Shown here in pieces: positions 1 through 12,884 of a stretch of DNA of 64,000 nucleotides. Within the stretch, counting starts at the first letter, position 1. Each line of letters starts with the position of its first letter. Below the pieces are notes generated by a model that was given only the letters and a program-made list of their open reading frames with translations, was not told the origin of the DNA and searched no databases. The translations under genes and the position numbers were made by a program. Location: assembly GCF_037042905.1 (NCBI RefSeq), contig NC_087251.1, positions 36,582,001 through 36,646,000 of the forward strand, written 5' to 3'. Source of the DNA: Lytechinus pictus (lineage: Eukaryota).

Positions 1-3000
1 ACCATCACTCTCTAGGATTCTATAATATGGTGACAGCACTTGTCAAGGATCCATGCACCTCATCAGTGGGTAAGTTTGTCATACGTGACGCCGAAATCTT
101 ACAACTTCCACGTAATGAATATAAAATGCGTGAACGATCGAGTTGAGTGCCTCAGGGTCGTGGCGCCTCGACGTGGTAATTTCATCGGCTTGACTTTCAA
201 AACGTCAACCGAAAGAATAATCTTTTCGGAATTCGTAAATACGGATTTGAAACCTTTTCCCTCACCAATTCATGACGCGTTGGAATGTTGGTAATATACC
301 GGCGAGTGCTATGAATGAATCCTTCATCTTCCAAATAGCCCATGCTTCATTTTTTTTCTTACAAACCATCAGTTGAAACAGGGCTAAACGTTCCGGCAAT
401 CTATCTGATCCCATAGCTTGCCGTGGTCCTGCCGCATCCATCGTCGACAAGCCACACTTGAGAATCGCATGGAATGAGAAAATAACTTCCCATCGTCACC
501 ATCATGCTTCAATACTCTTTCTGGAGTCACCAAATAATTTGGATTCAATACTCTTGGAATATTGGTCATCATCATCACCGAGTCACAGTTTCGTTGGTGA
601 CTTGAAATTCGAGCAAAGCTGTCCCTCCAGGTTTGAATCTCACTGATAGCCAATCTGTTTCGGTTGAGCTGGATAGATGAACGTAGGTATGTGATGCTCT
701 GCCCAATGCTCAGTCACACCGGCAAAATTGACACCAGACAGACCAAAGCGATATTACATTATTCCAGTGGCATACTATCTGTCGGTTTGGAGTTGTTTTT
801 CAAGATGTGACTGCAGCAACTCTCCAAACCGATATTCACTCGTCACGCCCAAAGTAAAATTTATTTAGGGGTGATGAACGCAAGAGAAAATACGTCTATT
901 TGTTCTTGAGTAATAAGAATAGACGCATGGTATTTTTTTTTTTTTTGTTAAATGTTTCTTTGTGTTTGTAAAATTACAAATCGAATTTAAACAAATAAGG
1001 TAAGTAATTAATGGCGTGTTGATGGAAATGGAAATGTTATTTATTTTCTCAATTCGTATTTTGCTTTAATTGTCACCATGCAAGACGACATTTATGGCAT
1101 TATTTGACCATTTTAAACCGTATGTCAAATGGGTTCTAATCTAGCAATGTCTTGGCGGTTCTGGTTTTTAAACGTTTCTGTGTGTTTGTGTTTTATTTCA
1201 AATTTCTCATTTTGTATTTTGTTTAAGAGCATAATTTGAACATCTTTAATGGGTTCTCATCTCGGCGGGTCAGCTTCCGAAAGGTTTCTGTATGTTTGCG
1301 CTTTATTTGACTTTGTTGACTCCGTGGATGGGAAACGTCCCGAGAGTCCATTGAGGAACGAGTTTCTTTTGGTTTTAATGAAGCTCAAATTTACTCGAAA
1401 CGTGTTAATCTCCTCGGTTAATCCACCCCTAACAAAGGCTTTAATACTGTATCAGTTACACTTAAAAGGTTATTGAATCCATATAAGCTGGAGGAAAACT
1501 TGTGTTAGTTTTTGTTCCCGTTTTCTAAAGGACGGCGTCAGCTCTTTGATGTACGAACTTTCATTTAAGAAGGAATGTCGCTTGTTTTTTTAAACTGTTT
1601 TAGTTTGACTCCACGGTCCTATACAGTATCTGAGTCCTTTACGGTTTACAAATAAACATTTCAAAGAAATAAAAAGAGAGGGAACTGGACGTTATATTAA
1701 CTTTAAAAAAATTACACGTATATAACAACTTTATGATCCTCAATGTGGTAATCACCAAAACATCATATTTAGTAGTAAATGGCTGGTTATTTAATTGTCT
1801 GTATTCTTCCCAATTTATTTATTCATCATAAAAAATAGACCCTTTCTCTGTTCTTTTGCGGTATATTTTCCTTTCAGCATTTCATCTGGATTTATTAGAA
1901 CTCTTTGATTAAAAACACAGATCGCCTATGTGAACTAACTGGAGATGTTTAAACGAATATTTTTTCAAGATTAATCTAATGAATCTCATCTGGGTCCCCA
2001 GTAATGTCTCCAGCATGCAAAACAGAGGTGTTAAGACAGGTGATATCTATACCGACCGACGATGTTCGATTTACACAGCCTTCCTGATATTGACCGTTCC
2101 ATTGTACTCATCTTGCCACGGTCCTTTATAAAACCTCAATCACATGCAGTTGTGATACCCATCTTTTGTTCTTTGTGTGCCCTCTTCTATTTCTGACAGA
2201 CCGGGTCCACCACAGGTCGATGATAACCAATACAAATACACGAGCACGTTTGGAGGGAAATTAGAACGAATAAAGATACAGTACAAGCTTAATCTCATCT
2301 ACATCTGCAAAGCAAAGGCAAGGAGAATGTAAGCGCTGTATGAAAGTTATTATTTTCTTGGTCTACTCCAGCCAAATTTGTTGCTGAATGTTATTTTGAC
2401 CAATGGTGCGTATTAAAATGTATCAATTAAGGGAAATTTTAGTCATTGGCTTAATAAAAACTATCGTTTCAGCTCATGGCCCTGGGACACAGGGGTGCTT
2501 CAAAAAACCTTCAGAGGGTCCTATTTCAGCTGATGCTGATGTGAAGGTGTATCGCTTTTCTTGGCCACCTCATCTTCTCTTTTGTTTTGACAAAATCTAT
2601 AATAGAATTAATGCTCATTATTTTGTGCGATATGTATCGTGCAGTGTTACTGAAAGAGGACAGATTAATACTAAATAGTATATGTCTATGTGAGTTTAAG
2701 CATGGACCGAGTAGGTCAATGGTTTAAGCAATATGGTAGGGAGTACAATTATCTAAAAAGGAAATGTGCTATTGATTAGGTCTATGTGAATTGTACGTTA
2801 TGCGGACAGGGCCGTCTTGGGACGCAGTTTTGTGACTAACAATACTATACCATGTGCAAATAAAACAAATAAGTAAACATAAGGAAATGATTTCTCCTTT
2901 CTGATAAATGAATCATACAACAATATGACCATGGACCTCGATGTAATATGCTTTGTAATCTCTGCGGAGTATTTTAGTCCTTATTTTTAAAGTCCACAAG

Positions 3001-6000
3001 CCGGTTTCCCCGTTGAGCCATTCCCCTTTTTTTTCTTTCAACCCCCCGAAGACACCAACACCTCGGAAAAACTCCGCCTGTTGTCACAAGTTGTCCCTAT
3101 TATAGGATTTGAAGACGAGGACAAAGGCGAAGTGTGAACTCTCAAAAGTCGAAGCAGCTAGCAAGTTACATGGTCCGTTGAGCCTGGACAATACTGCTAC
3201 AATCTGCAGCTCACAAGCGACCCTACACTTCTCGCCCCCACCATGCACGGAATAATTCAAAGAAAAAAAAGAGAAAAATCTTCTATTCGGTGCATTTTTC
3301 TATTCCTCACTTTTCTTTCTCTCCAGCATTCATCCGCGCGTCAGAAGTTTTTCCTGTCCGAATTTAAACACACGACGACTCGGGAGCATGTTCCTTTTCT
3401 GTTCCCTTTTCTCAATCAGTAGATTTTCTTGTGCAAACGCCACCGGGCGCGACTAATTTCTGCTTTTCAAAGCGCCGGGATTATGAAGCTGTCACAACAT
3501 TTGATGCTTATTATCAAAGGGAGTGCTCCGCAGGCGCAAGAAACAGGACTGAACAGAAACGGACCATGTCATGCTGAAAATATTCTCTAGAAAAGAAAAG
3601 TTAGTCCGAACTTGACATTTTCTTTCCTCTGCCTCCACATCGAGAATACTGTATAGTTGTTTACTTTCTACACCTGGTAATCGTGATACACTGATTCACT
3701 GAAGTGCCATTTCACTTCTGAACGTGACGCATACCCTTTTAATATTACCCAGTGCTCATTATTGGGTATCAAGATAGTTCCAATGGTGAATAGGGTAGAC
3801 ATAATAATAGTAATAACAATGACGATTTAAAAATCATTATTTTAAATTCAACTTTTATTATGAATTTGGATTTGGATGGCTGGAACTTTGGGGCACTGGT
3901 AACCCCCCGCCATCCCCGAAGTTCCAGGACCAAGAAAATAAAAGGGTAAGGGAATGGGTAGAAAGGAGAGTAGAAGGGGCTGAAAACTATGTCAAAATTA
4001 GATTTTCATTAAAAAGGGCCAATTTTTTTTCGCTCGCTCGCGACTTTTAAAAAATGTATTTTGCCCCTAGCTTACACCACTGCCCCTTAACAAATTTTAT
4101 TTTTTGTTCTCATTAATCAGAGGTCCCAATGGGATCTATCAGGAGGGAATGATCACTGCAAAAAAAAAATGTGCGTGTAATTTAGGAGATCTAGGCTCAG
4201 TCACAGTTGACCCTTCTCCCCGCTGTGTGAGTAAACCATATGGATTCAACTAACTGAACAAGAAACTGTTGCAACATATATTCCCTGTATCTTATTGGGA
4301 ACACCTGTTGAATAATTAGAGTAATTATATTCCAAAATTTTACCAACTACAGTAATACTTTAGAATTGAGTGTGAATTAGACAAAATTGAAACACAGCAG
4401 GTAATAAGGGCGATCATAATCACGATCGAATGGTTTATGATATACTCTATGCCAATTTAAACCATATGTATGATTTTTGAATAAAATATATATAGGCCTA
4501 TATAATATAAGTTCATTAATAAAGGTATAATTAATGACTTTACTTATGGCATCCTTTCGCCAAATTGTCTTATTTTTGTGTTTCAAAGTTTGCCTTTTAT
4601 ATTATGGAACTCGACAATGAGATTTTGATTATACTATGTTTCTGATTTATTTATTTGCATTACTAAATTAAGACTTCGTGTCTGGCACGCGAGCCTTGGT
4701 TGTTATTCAAATGATTTGATATGTCGGCCCTTTATCTTCTGATTTCAAATTTATTTTCAATTGAGTTCAAACTACTTTAAAAAATGAAAAATAGTCATGA
4801 TAATGTAGGCACGACTTCACTGCGTCATTTATATATAGGCATTTATACAATACATGACTTTATCTTTCAAATAAATCATATAACCATTTTATCCCCTCTC
4901 ACATCATAAGACTTGCTTATCATACTCAACGACATTATTGTGAAGTATATAAAACTGGAGATATAATGGGATGGGTTCATTATATGCAAAATTCACGCAC
5001 GTGGTGGAATATACACGTGTCATGAGGGCTTACTCATAATGTGTCCTTTAAGAATTTGTAATAAACTTATTTCATATAAAGGTATTTCCAATAATTTCTT
5101 TCCTCAATATATCACAAACTGTCTAATAGTGCTTGCGTATACTTAACCCCCCCCCCCTATGATCAAAGAATAAAAAGGTATTCAACAGTAAAAAGGTGAT
5201 GACGTATACAAAGGGCAGATCAGCTAGGGCAGATTTTGAAATATATTTTGATTTATTGACGAGATATCTTCGGGGATATTTTCAAGAATGTTTAACTTAT
5301 TTGTGACTAGATAACAATGTATAGTTGGTTTTTCATGATTATTTTTGTCCATTTATACACTCATTGGGTGTTTTCCTGTGAATAGTGAGGCACATCGTAC
5401 CATTTATTATGTATCATTTATTATGCCCTATGTGGATATACTATCACGGATCACTCGCCTGCGACAACACGAGATAAACAGATTGTACTGAGAGAGTATA
5501 CAGTACAACCCAGACAAAAATAAGAAACTGAAAAGTATTGATATTTTATAATAATTTTATCAAAGAATTTTCCCCTCTTTATGCCTCTCCTTGTCATTCA
5601 TTTTCACCCACGACTCTGTAGTACAACTTCCGTGCTCGTGTCTCGTGGCGCCTTCATTTTCTTCCAGACCATCAACACGCCATTAAGTAGTGATCACGTG
5701 ACATTTATTCTTGAATGACAGTGCAACCAATTAACAGAAGTTGTGGAATGTAGTTTTGATTCATTACTTTACTAATTTGTACAACGTGTTTTCTATTATT
5801 ATTTATTTTTGTATCTTGGTGGACCCGGGCATGTAGGTTAGGGGTAAATCTTTTGTTCTCTCCCATTGTTAAAATCCCCTTAACGTAGATTCGGTATACC
5901 TTAAAGCTACCTGCCCTGTTGTTTTACGGAATAAATCGAATCGTTGCCCCCCCCCCCCTTCCAACGTCGAGTCACCTTTGGTATACATGTAGCTTTTGGG

Positions 6001-8300
6001 CAGATATACAGAATAATATGCTGTCATATATTATATCAAGTATATTGATATAGTCCTATATACCTAGGCCTATATGTATATATACATATATGTATAGTTA
6101 TCTTTATTGGTATAAATTGGTTTTCATCTAAGTTCGACTCATGATTAGTCCTATATGAATCGCAAGTTATCCCCTACTTGTGATTTTCCTGACGGGTCGA
6201 ATATTATTCATCTATATCCATACTTTGCAATTTCGCAACCATATTCCACATTTATCTGTATGTAGGTCGGACTCGAATAAAATTTTGTGAATCTTGGTGA
6301 TCTCCATTAAAATAAGTAAAGCAATACAGAACAAAACATCGAAGAAGAAGGCCATAATTTTAACATACAATAATATTGACTATATAGCCGCGTTACACTG
6401 CCACTGGAAAATATTGCATGAGCTCTCAATGTACCGTTTGATGTACCCCTTTAAAAGGAAAATGATTGACATAGAACGCCACAGTCAAGGCTGGCATCCA
6501 TCAAACCTAGGCCGAGTAATTTCAAATTTTCCTGTCGCCCCTACTCCATTATCTGTATGGAATCCATCCATTGTATACAAACATACTCGCTAATGGGCAT
6601 CTCAAAGAAGCGAACCCTTAGAAAATCAAAATTAATAGTGAGCGATCGGTGGCGTCGCGTCGGAGAGCACGTTCAATTCTCATCGCGCGATGCCGATCCG
6701 TCGGTCAACAGATTTGGCGGCACCCCGGCGGTCAGGCAGGGCGGCATTCATGCATTCGATGACAAAAAACAATTGGTGCGAGAGTGTGGCAAATGAACGA
6801 AGTCGTTTTTTTTTAATTCCCAATTGGTCTAACTCGTCCTTGATTTTAAACATTTCACTCTTTTGCGTTCCCACATTTCACGTTTTTGTGTTCTCTAGCA
6901 GTTTAACGGTTTCTAATCGATATGCGCCAATAATGTCATTCAAAATTGTGAGGTAGCTGATACAATGCAAATGCAATGTAGAATTTGTTCGGTAGGCATT
7001 AATATCATTACTGGTTGAAAAATTCCACTTTTTGTTGATTCCTTGTGATTGCCTTCTAAAACGGTCGGACTTGGGGTAACGTTTGTTAAAGTATTCTTGC
7101 CCGAAATATTTCATTTCACTTCTACATCTTAATGTTCCTCAGCTATCTCGTGTCCCACATTCTGATACATAGATATTAAATCTTATCTTATTTAATTAAG
7201 ATCAATAATTTAGTTACATTTCAACAGAACAAAATACAGTTTTGATATTTCAAGGAAGAAGTAGAAAGTTCCTGAAAAGCAAGAACGCATTTTGACTGTT
7301 TATAATGAATATTGTTTACAGAACGCCACTATTTCCTGCGAAATTTCAATCACATCCGAAAGGTCGTGTATTTCTAGAAAGCTATGAACTCTACTCACAA
7401 GCCAATAACAATAATATATACGCTGAGCCACGATCCAATATCAAATACACCCCCCCCCCCACCCTTTAAGAGATACTTAAGTGCATCAACTTCCCATCTC
7501 TATTATTGCATGACGAATGGGATAAATATTTACGTGTTGGACATGATAACACCGTTTACTTTCACTATTCACTGTTCCAATATTATCAAGAGCCTAATAT
7601 TGATGGTCAATGTCATCTTGAAAAAGCCCATATTTTATACGTCAAGTGCTCGTAAAAGCTTACTTGATTCATCATTCATGGGGGTATTTGAGTATAGTTT
7701 CAGGGGCAAAGATTTACAACTATAATAACTTTGCTATTATGACAACGACTGTGAGGGCTCAAAATCCAATTCAAGTCCCCCCTCCCCTGGTCTTGGAACT
7801 CTTTTATTAATTTTTTTCGGGGGGGGGGTGTCAAGTGCCCCCAAGCCACCCTATATATACGACATGTATAGTATAGTATTATAGTATAGTATAGGGCCTA
7901 TACAAACGTACTTGAACATTGATGAGGATGAACATTTTCGTCTTAAAACACAGCTGCAAACGATGCATGATCTCGCGCCCTCTTTAGATGAAATGCAAGA
8001 CAACTTTAAAAATTGCAGATAAGATTTCTTCATGTCTACTTCCAGCATGGACCTTCCACTCTGAGTAGTAGGTCCGTGCTCCCAGGATAGAAACATTTCC
8101 AGTATTTAAAAACAAAATAATAATACAGGATCCACAAAGATATTTTCCAGAACAAGAGACAACGTTAAAAGGGCATTTCAATTGTCTCCGATTGTTGAAA
8201 TGCCATTACTGACGATATTTTTAGTGTAATGATGATACATATTTTGTTTATTGTATTGACTTAATTCTTTTGACCACACTGTACTTTTATGATTAGTATT

Positions 8301-8732
8301 TTGGCAATGCGACCAAGATCTATGATGTCACAGATGAACAACTCTCCCCTTTTGGACACTGAAAATATACCCCAAAACATCTCTTTTTGCTCATTCTAAT
8401 CATATGACAAACGATTCATCAATTATATAATGTTGTGAAACCTCTGTACTTGTCCTCTCATAAAGAGAACACCTCACCTTGTGATAGACTCTATAAAAGT
8501 GAGAATATAAGTGAAATAAGTACTAAAGTAATGAGGGAGTTGTACGTGTGTGACATCACAGATCTTGGTCGCATTGCCAATGGGAGGATCTACATGACAT
8601 TAGTGATCTCAATATTCAAATGATCACAACTTTCTTATTATTCATTCAATCTTCCTCAAACTTTCAACAATATGTTTCTTTGATTTTTCTCTTTGATATG
8701 GATTCAGCTGGTTTCAAGGGTTTCATTCTCCT
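8301..8732. mobile_element. Left-truncated second copy of the 11157-11738 TTAA element
   Basis: Near-identical to ~11307-11738, ending ttcattctcct|TTAA. Confidence 0.9.
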
Positions 8733-9025
8733 TTAAAGTTTGTGCAGAACACGAATGTCAAAAATGGCAAAAAGGTAGCTCCAAACATACATGTATATAG
8801 GCATATACCTAGTTATGTAGATTTTAAAGAGTCATGGAAACGGTTTGGAAGCAAATTCAACGTTATAAAAATGATCTGCAACATTTCCAAATCCTAAAGA
8901 AACATTAATTTTATGAATTTCTGATGTAAATGTAAGATCTTGCGATTTTTTTCGGCATTGCCATCCGTCCAACATGTTCGCATGGTCGTGAAAACTCAAT
9001 TTTAAAGTAAGGTTGGATGTATTAC

Positions 9026-9439
9026 ATGCTACTCAGTCACAACAACGAAACCGACTACAACCCGATCAATTATATGTCATTCGAAATAATGTATCAGCTT
9101 TGATCGGTTTGAAGTCGGTTTTGTTGATGTGACCGTCCGTCACCCAAATCGCCTCAGAGAACTCAACACCATAATTTAGGTCAAGCGTCGCAAAAGCATG
9201 CGTGTAATCTGCGCTATTTAACACCGCATAACGAGTATGGGGCGTGTCGGGGAAAATGAGCACTTGAACCGACATCAAAAGGGTCCGCCGTGGAGAACGA
9301 CACGGCCAACGAGGAGGTCGCCATGGTGCCACAGTGTCACCGGTGAAACCGACTCCAAACCGACCGATGGTATGTCATTGGAAATAACGTAAAATCTTTG
9401 ATCGGGCTGGAGTCGATTTTGCCAGTGTGACTGTAGCAT
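9026..9439. mobile_element. MITE with ~45-bp imperfect TIRs and internal repeats of the TIR motif
   Basis: atgctactcagtcacaacaacgaaaccgactacaacccgatcaa is inverted relative to ttgatcgggctggagtcgattttgccagtgtgactgtagcat. Shorter relatives occur at ~18643-18736, ~20282-20353 and their duplicates. Confidence 0.7.
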
Positions 9440-10195
9440 TAAGAACTATTCCCTTCAAAATATCTTCCAGTTTGGTAATAAGGGTCGGTTCAATGAGTGA
9501 ATAGGCAATTAAACCGATTCACTTTTACTCGGTTACTGCTGAGTGCACAGGCTGTCATTATCCCGGGTATATAAGATTCGAACTTCTGATTTGAGAGATA
9601 ATTGTATTTGTGTCCATGATGATAAGCGTTATTCAATGTTGCAGTATTGTTTACAGAACTCCTATGAAACATGCTTTTTCATCAAATCAAATGTTATCCT
9701 TTTCATAGAGCAATTATCATTTTGCGAAGTAATATTTTATTCTTCTTTTCTCTTTCAGGTTCTTCTGAAGAGTTCAGTTCCTCTTAAGAGTTCACTTTCG
9801 TCATCCCTTTTTGCTGGCAATTGGAGCGGTGTCTCCATGTAAAGGAAAGCAGACGGTTCGCCGTGTAGGAACATCCTAGTGATGGTGACGAATATTTTCC
9901 TTCTCTATGCACAACAAAGATCTTCGTCGGGATTACAGAGGAATGGAAAATAAACCACAATTTCAACTTGTCACTGTTTATTATATAGAAATGAAATATC
10001 ACGACAAAGGATTCCTCATTCGTAACCACAAGCATTTATAATCCAGCATAGCATTTAACTTTGAAAGTTAGTCATAATTTTTGGAAAAATTATCGGAATA
10101 ACTTCCCCAGTGGCCGTGGGCGATTGTACGACACGCATTGTATGGAGAATGGTGGTGATTACATCAAACTGTGATGCAACGTCGGGCAAGTGATT

Positions 10196-10300
10196 ATGGC
10201 GATGAACATTGCGTCCTCATGGCCGTACCTACTCCCTCTAGCCATCTTTGTAATGACCTGCTGGGCCATAGTGATCCCGGGACTAGTCGCTCCTTTGCAG
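10196..10300 (+). CDS. ISM1: Isthmin-like gene, coding exon 1 (signal peptide MAMNIASSWPYLLPLAIFVMTCWAIVIPGLVAPLQ). The exon probably starts at the acceptor 9757-9758, giving a long 5' UTR.
   Basis: ATG at 10196 opens 35 hydrophobic codons ending at a strong donor CAG|GTAAGA. Phase 0 matches the acceptor at 11969. The upstream acceptor is tcttttctctttcag|g at 9758. Confidence 0.8.
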
Positions 10301-10363
10301 GTAAGATAAACCATGATGATGAACATTCAAACAAGAAGGCGAAAAGGCCTTTCAAAAAGTTAA

Positions 10364-10755
10364 GGCCATATTTCACCAAAAAATACATCTCTGCAGCGCC
10401 TCAGAGACTACGGTTGCGGAGACGTCTCTGCGGAATCTCAAAGCGGTCTCCGTGTGCTTTATGCATGGTGACAATCACTTTGCCAGACGTCGCGGGGATG
10501 TTGCTGTAAATTCTCAAAGTAGTCGCTGCGACGTCCCGGGAACATCTCTGAGACGTCGTTGCAACAACGAAAAGTCCCCGAGGCGTACAGAGACTAAACA
10601 TCACCACGACTGTCGGGTAAAGTCCTTGTCACCTTGTCTTGAGAAGTGGAGATGCCGCAGAGACTTCTCCTTTGTTCAGACCGAATAAACTTATATGTAG
10701 GAGACGTCTCCGCGATCGTAATCTCTGGCGTAGTATCTTTTGGTGAGATAGGGCC
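10364..10755. mobile_element. PIF/Harbinger (Tourist)-like MITE
   Basis: TIRs ggccatatttcaccaaaaaatac / gtatcttttggtgagatagggcc, flanks TAA/TAG, GC-rich interior with repeated gagacgtc motifs. Confidence 0.7.
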
Positions 10756-11156
10756 TAGAAGAAGAAATCAGAAAAAGATTATGGTAATAAAAAAATCACT
10801 TTGGAGGCTTCGCGATACGTTTTTTTTTTGTGGAAAATAATTATGTTTGGTCCTGAAAAGACGATCTAAACTCGACGTCTCTGCAAGTATGTTTTTGCCT
10901 TTTTCAGGAGAGTGATAACAATAATAACATGTTGTGGATTTCAGTAATATATATTCATGGTCTTCAAAAGGGCCTTACATAATAAGATGTAAAATTTTCT
11001 TCATTCTGGGATTCTGAGCACCTGGCTTGAAAACGGAAGGTTCCATTTCGTTCTTTTCGTCTTGGCGCTCGAACGACTCGGCCAAGAATACAAATTAATT
11101 CTACAAGGAACGATAAGAGAACGTTCTGTTAAAGATTTGTGGAAAAAAACGCTTAA

Positions 11157-11738
11157 AGGAGAATGAAACTCTTGGAGCAAGTTAGCTTTTGTGAAAGCAG
11201 AAAAATCAAAGAATAAGATCAACAAAGGTTTGAGTAAAATAGGACTAGCAATAGAAGAGTTATGAGCATTTGAATGTCGAGATCACTAATGCTATGGAGA
11301 TCCTCTATTGGCAATGCGACCAAGATCTATGATGTCACAGATGAACAACTCTCCCCTTTTGGACACTGAAAATATACCCCAAAACATCTCTTTTTGCTCA
11401 TTCTAATCATATGACAAACGATTCATCAATGATATAATGTTGTGAAACCTCTGTACTTGTCCTCTCATAAAGAGAACACCTCACCTTGTGATAGACTCTA
11501 TAAAAGTGAGAATATAAGTGAAATAAGTATTAAAGTAATGAGGGAGTTGTACGTGTGTGACATCACAGATCTTGGTCGCGTTGCCAATGGAGGATCTACA
11601 TGGCATAAGTGATCTCAATATTCAAATGCTCATAACTTTCTTATTATTCATTCAATCTTCCTCAAACTTTCAACAATATGTTTCTTTGATTTTTCTCTAT
11701 GATATGGATTCAGCCGGTTTCAAGGGTTTCATTCTCCT
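11157..11738. mobile_element. Non-autonomous DNA transposon/MITE with TTAA target site and long imperfect TIRs (Kolobok-like termini AGG...CCT)
   Basis: TTAA|AGGAGAATGAAACTCTTG ... CAAGGGTTTCATTCTCCT|TTAA, with inverted similarity extending ~180 bp inward. It lies in an isthmin intron. Confidence 0.85.
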
Positions 11739-11968
11739 TTAATAACCTCATGTATAATTTGTTTCCACGATTTATTTCCATTAACGCATAAGTGCCGGCT
11801 ATTATAAGTATATTTTGTACATAGAGCTTGCATCAATAGGAAAAGAGCTATGAAATTATAATTTCCTTAAGTAATGATTTCCATTCTGTTATTCTATTTT
11901 TTGTGTGAAATATGATTTTAATTTCGTTGGTAACAATTCAAATAAAATCTTTTCTTTTCGTTTTCAAG

Positions 11969-12884
11969 ATTCATCTTCAGAGGAGAGCTGTTCCAGAGAG
12001 CACCACAGACTCGCATTTAAATGTTCGAGACAAAAACCGCGATGCCCAACCCCAAAAGCCCAGGTTAGGTAGCACAGAACGTACGAGAATGGCCACGACA
12101 TTCAGTGATAACTTTTTGTCGGACCACAGCGACAGAACTTCAGGGAAAACCAGTAGAAAATTAAATAGTCAAATCGAAAGGACGAGCACCGTGAAAAATT
12201 TAGTTTTATCTAAACCTGTGAATGACAAAGAGACGAACCGCGAAGCCATTGTGACGCAATCTTACGCGGAAGGGTTCGTGGGATGGGATGACGGGGTCAG
12301 AACAGACGTGCCGTCACAATCAGATCTTTATATTGATATGAATGAATATTATACATATGATTACGATGATTATCCTATGGATGATGACGACGAGGAGGAG
12401 GAGGATGATGAGGAGGAAGACATAGATTTAGTGATGGAGATGCGGAGCAAGAAAGACGCAAATACCATGAGGACAGAGGAGTTGAGATCTCTCCAAAGAT
12501 TAGCTGAGCTTGCGACCCTCTCAAATCCAGACTTGGGATTTGTTAATCTCATCACGCCTAATCCGGACCTCGATATCACCATCGAGGTGGTGACTGACGA
12601 CGACGATGACGAAGCGGCGGCTGAGATCGATAACCGGTTACCGGGTGACGATCGCCCATCGAGACCACGGCCACCTCCTCCTTCGCCCCAGCCTGAGCAT
12701 CGAGGGAGAGACTCGGGGAGGAGGAAGGGCAAGGGGCGAAAGAATAATCAAAATCGGAACAATAACCGTGGAAATCAGAAGCCGTCACGTCCATCGGAAA
12801 ATACCAATAGCAATACCTCAAGTTCGTTTGATATGACGCTCTTTCACCTTATCAGACACACTGGATATCTGGACGGCGAAAATG
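11969..12884 (+). CDS. ISM1: Isthmin-like gene, coding exon 2 (acidic/Tyr-rich, Pro-rich and basic low-complexity region; conserved NPDLDITIEVV motif)
   Basis: Acceptor ttttcgttttcaag|ATT, 916-nt open frame, donor AATG|GTATGA (phase 1). NPDLDITIEVV resembles the NPNIQVTIEVV motif I recall from vertebrate isthmin-1. Confidence 0.85.

Noticed and set aside
9026..10755. Repeated short motifs in GC-rich patches resembling a CRISPR-like array
   Set aside because: These are inverted, irregularly spaced sub-terminal repeats of MITEs. There is no constant repeat-spacer period, no cas genes, and the context is eukaryotic.
11912..11968. ATG at 11912 as the start of the 329-aa ORF
   Set aside because: The first 19 codons are the intron's polypyrimidine tract and acceptor. 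The signal-peptide exon at 10196-10300 splices in phase to 11969.
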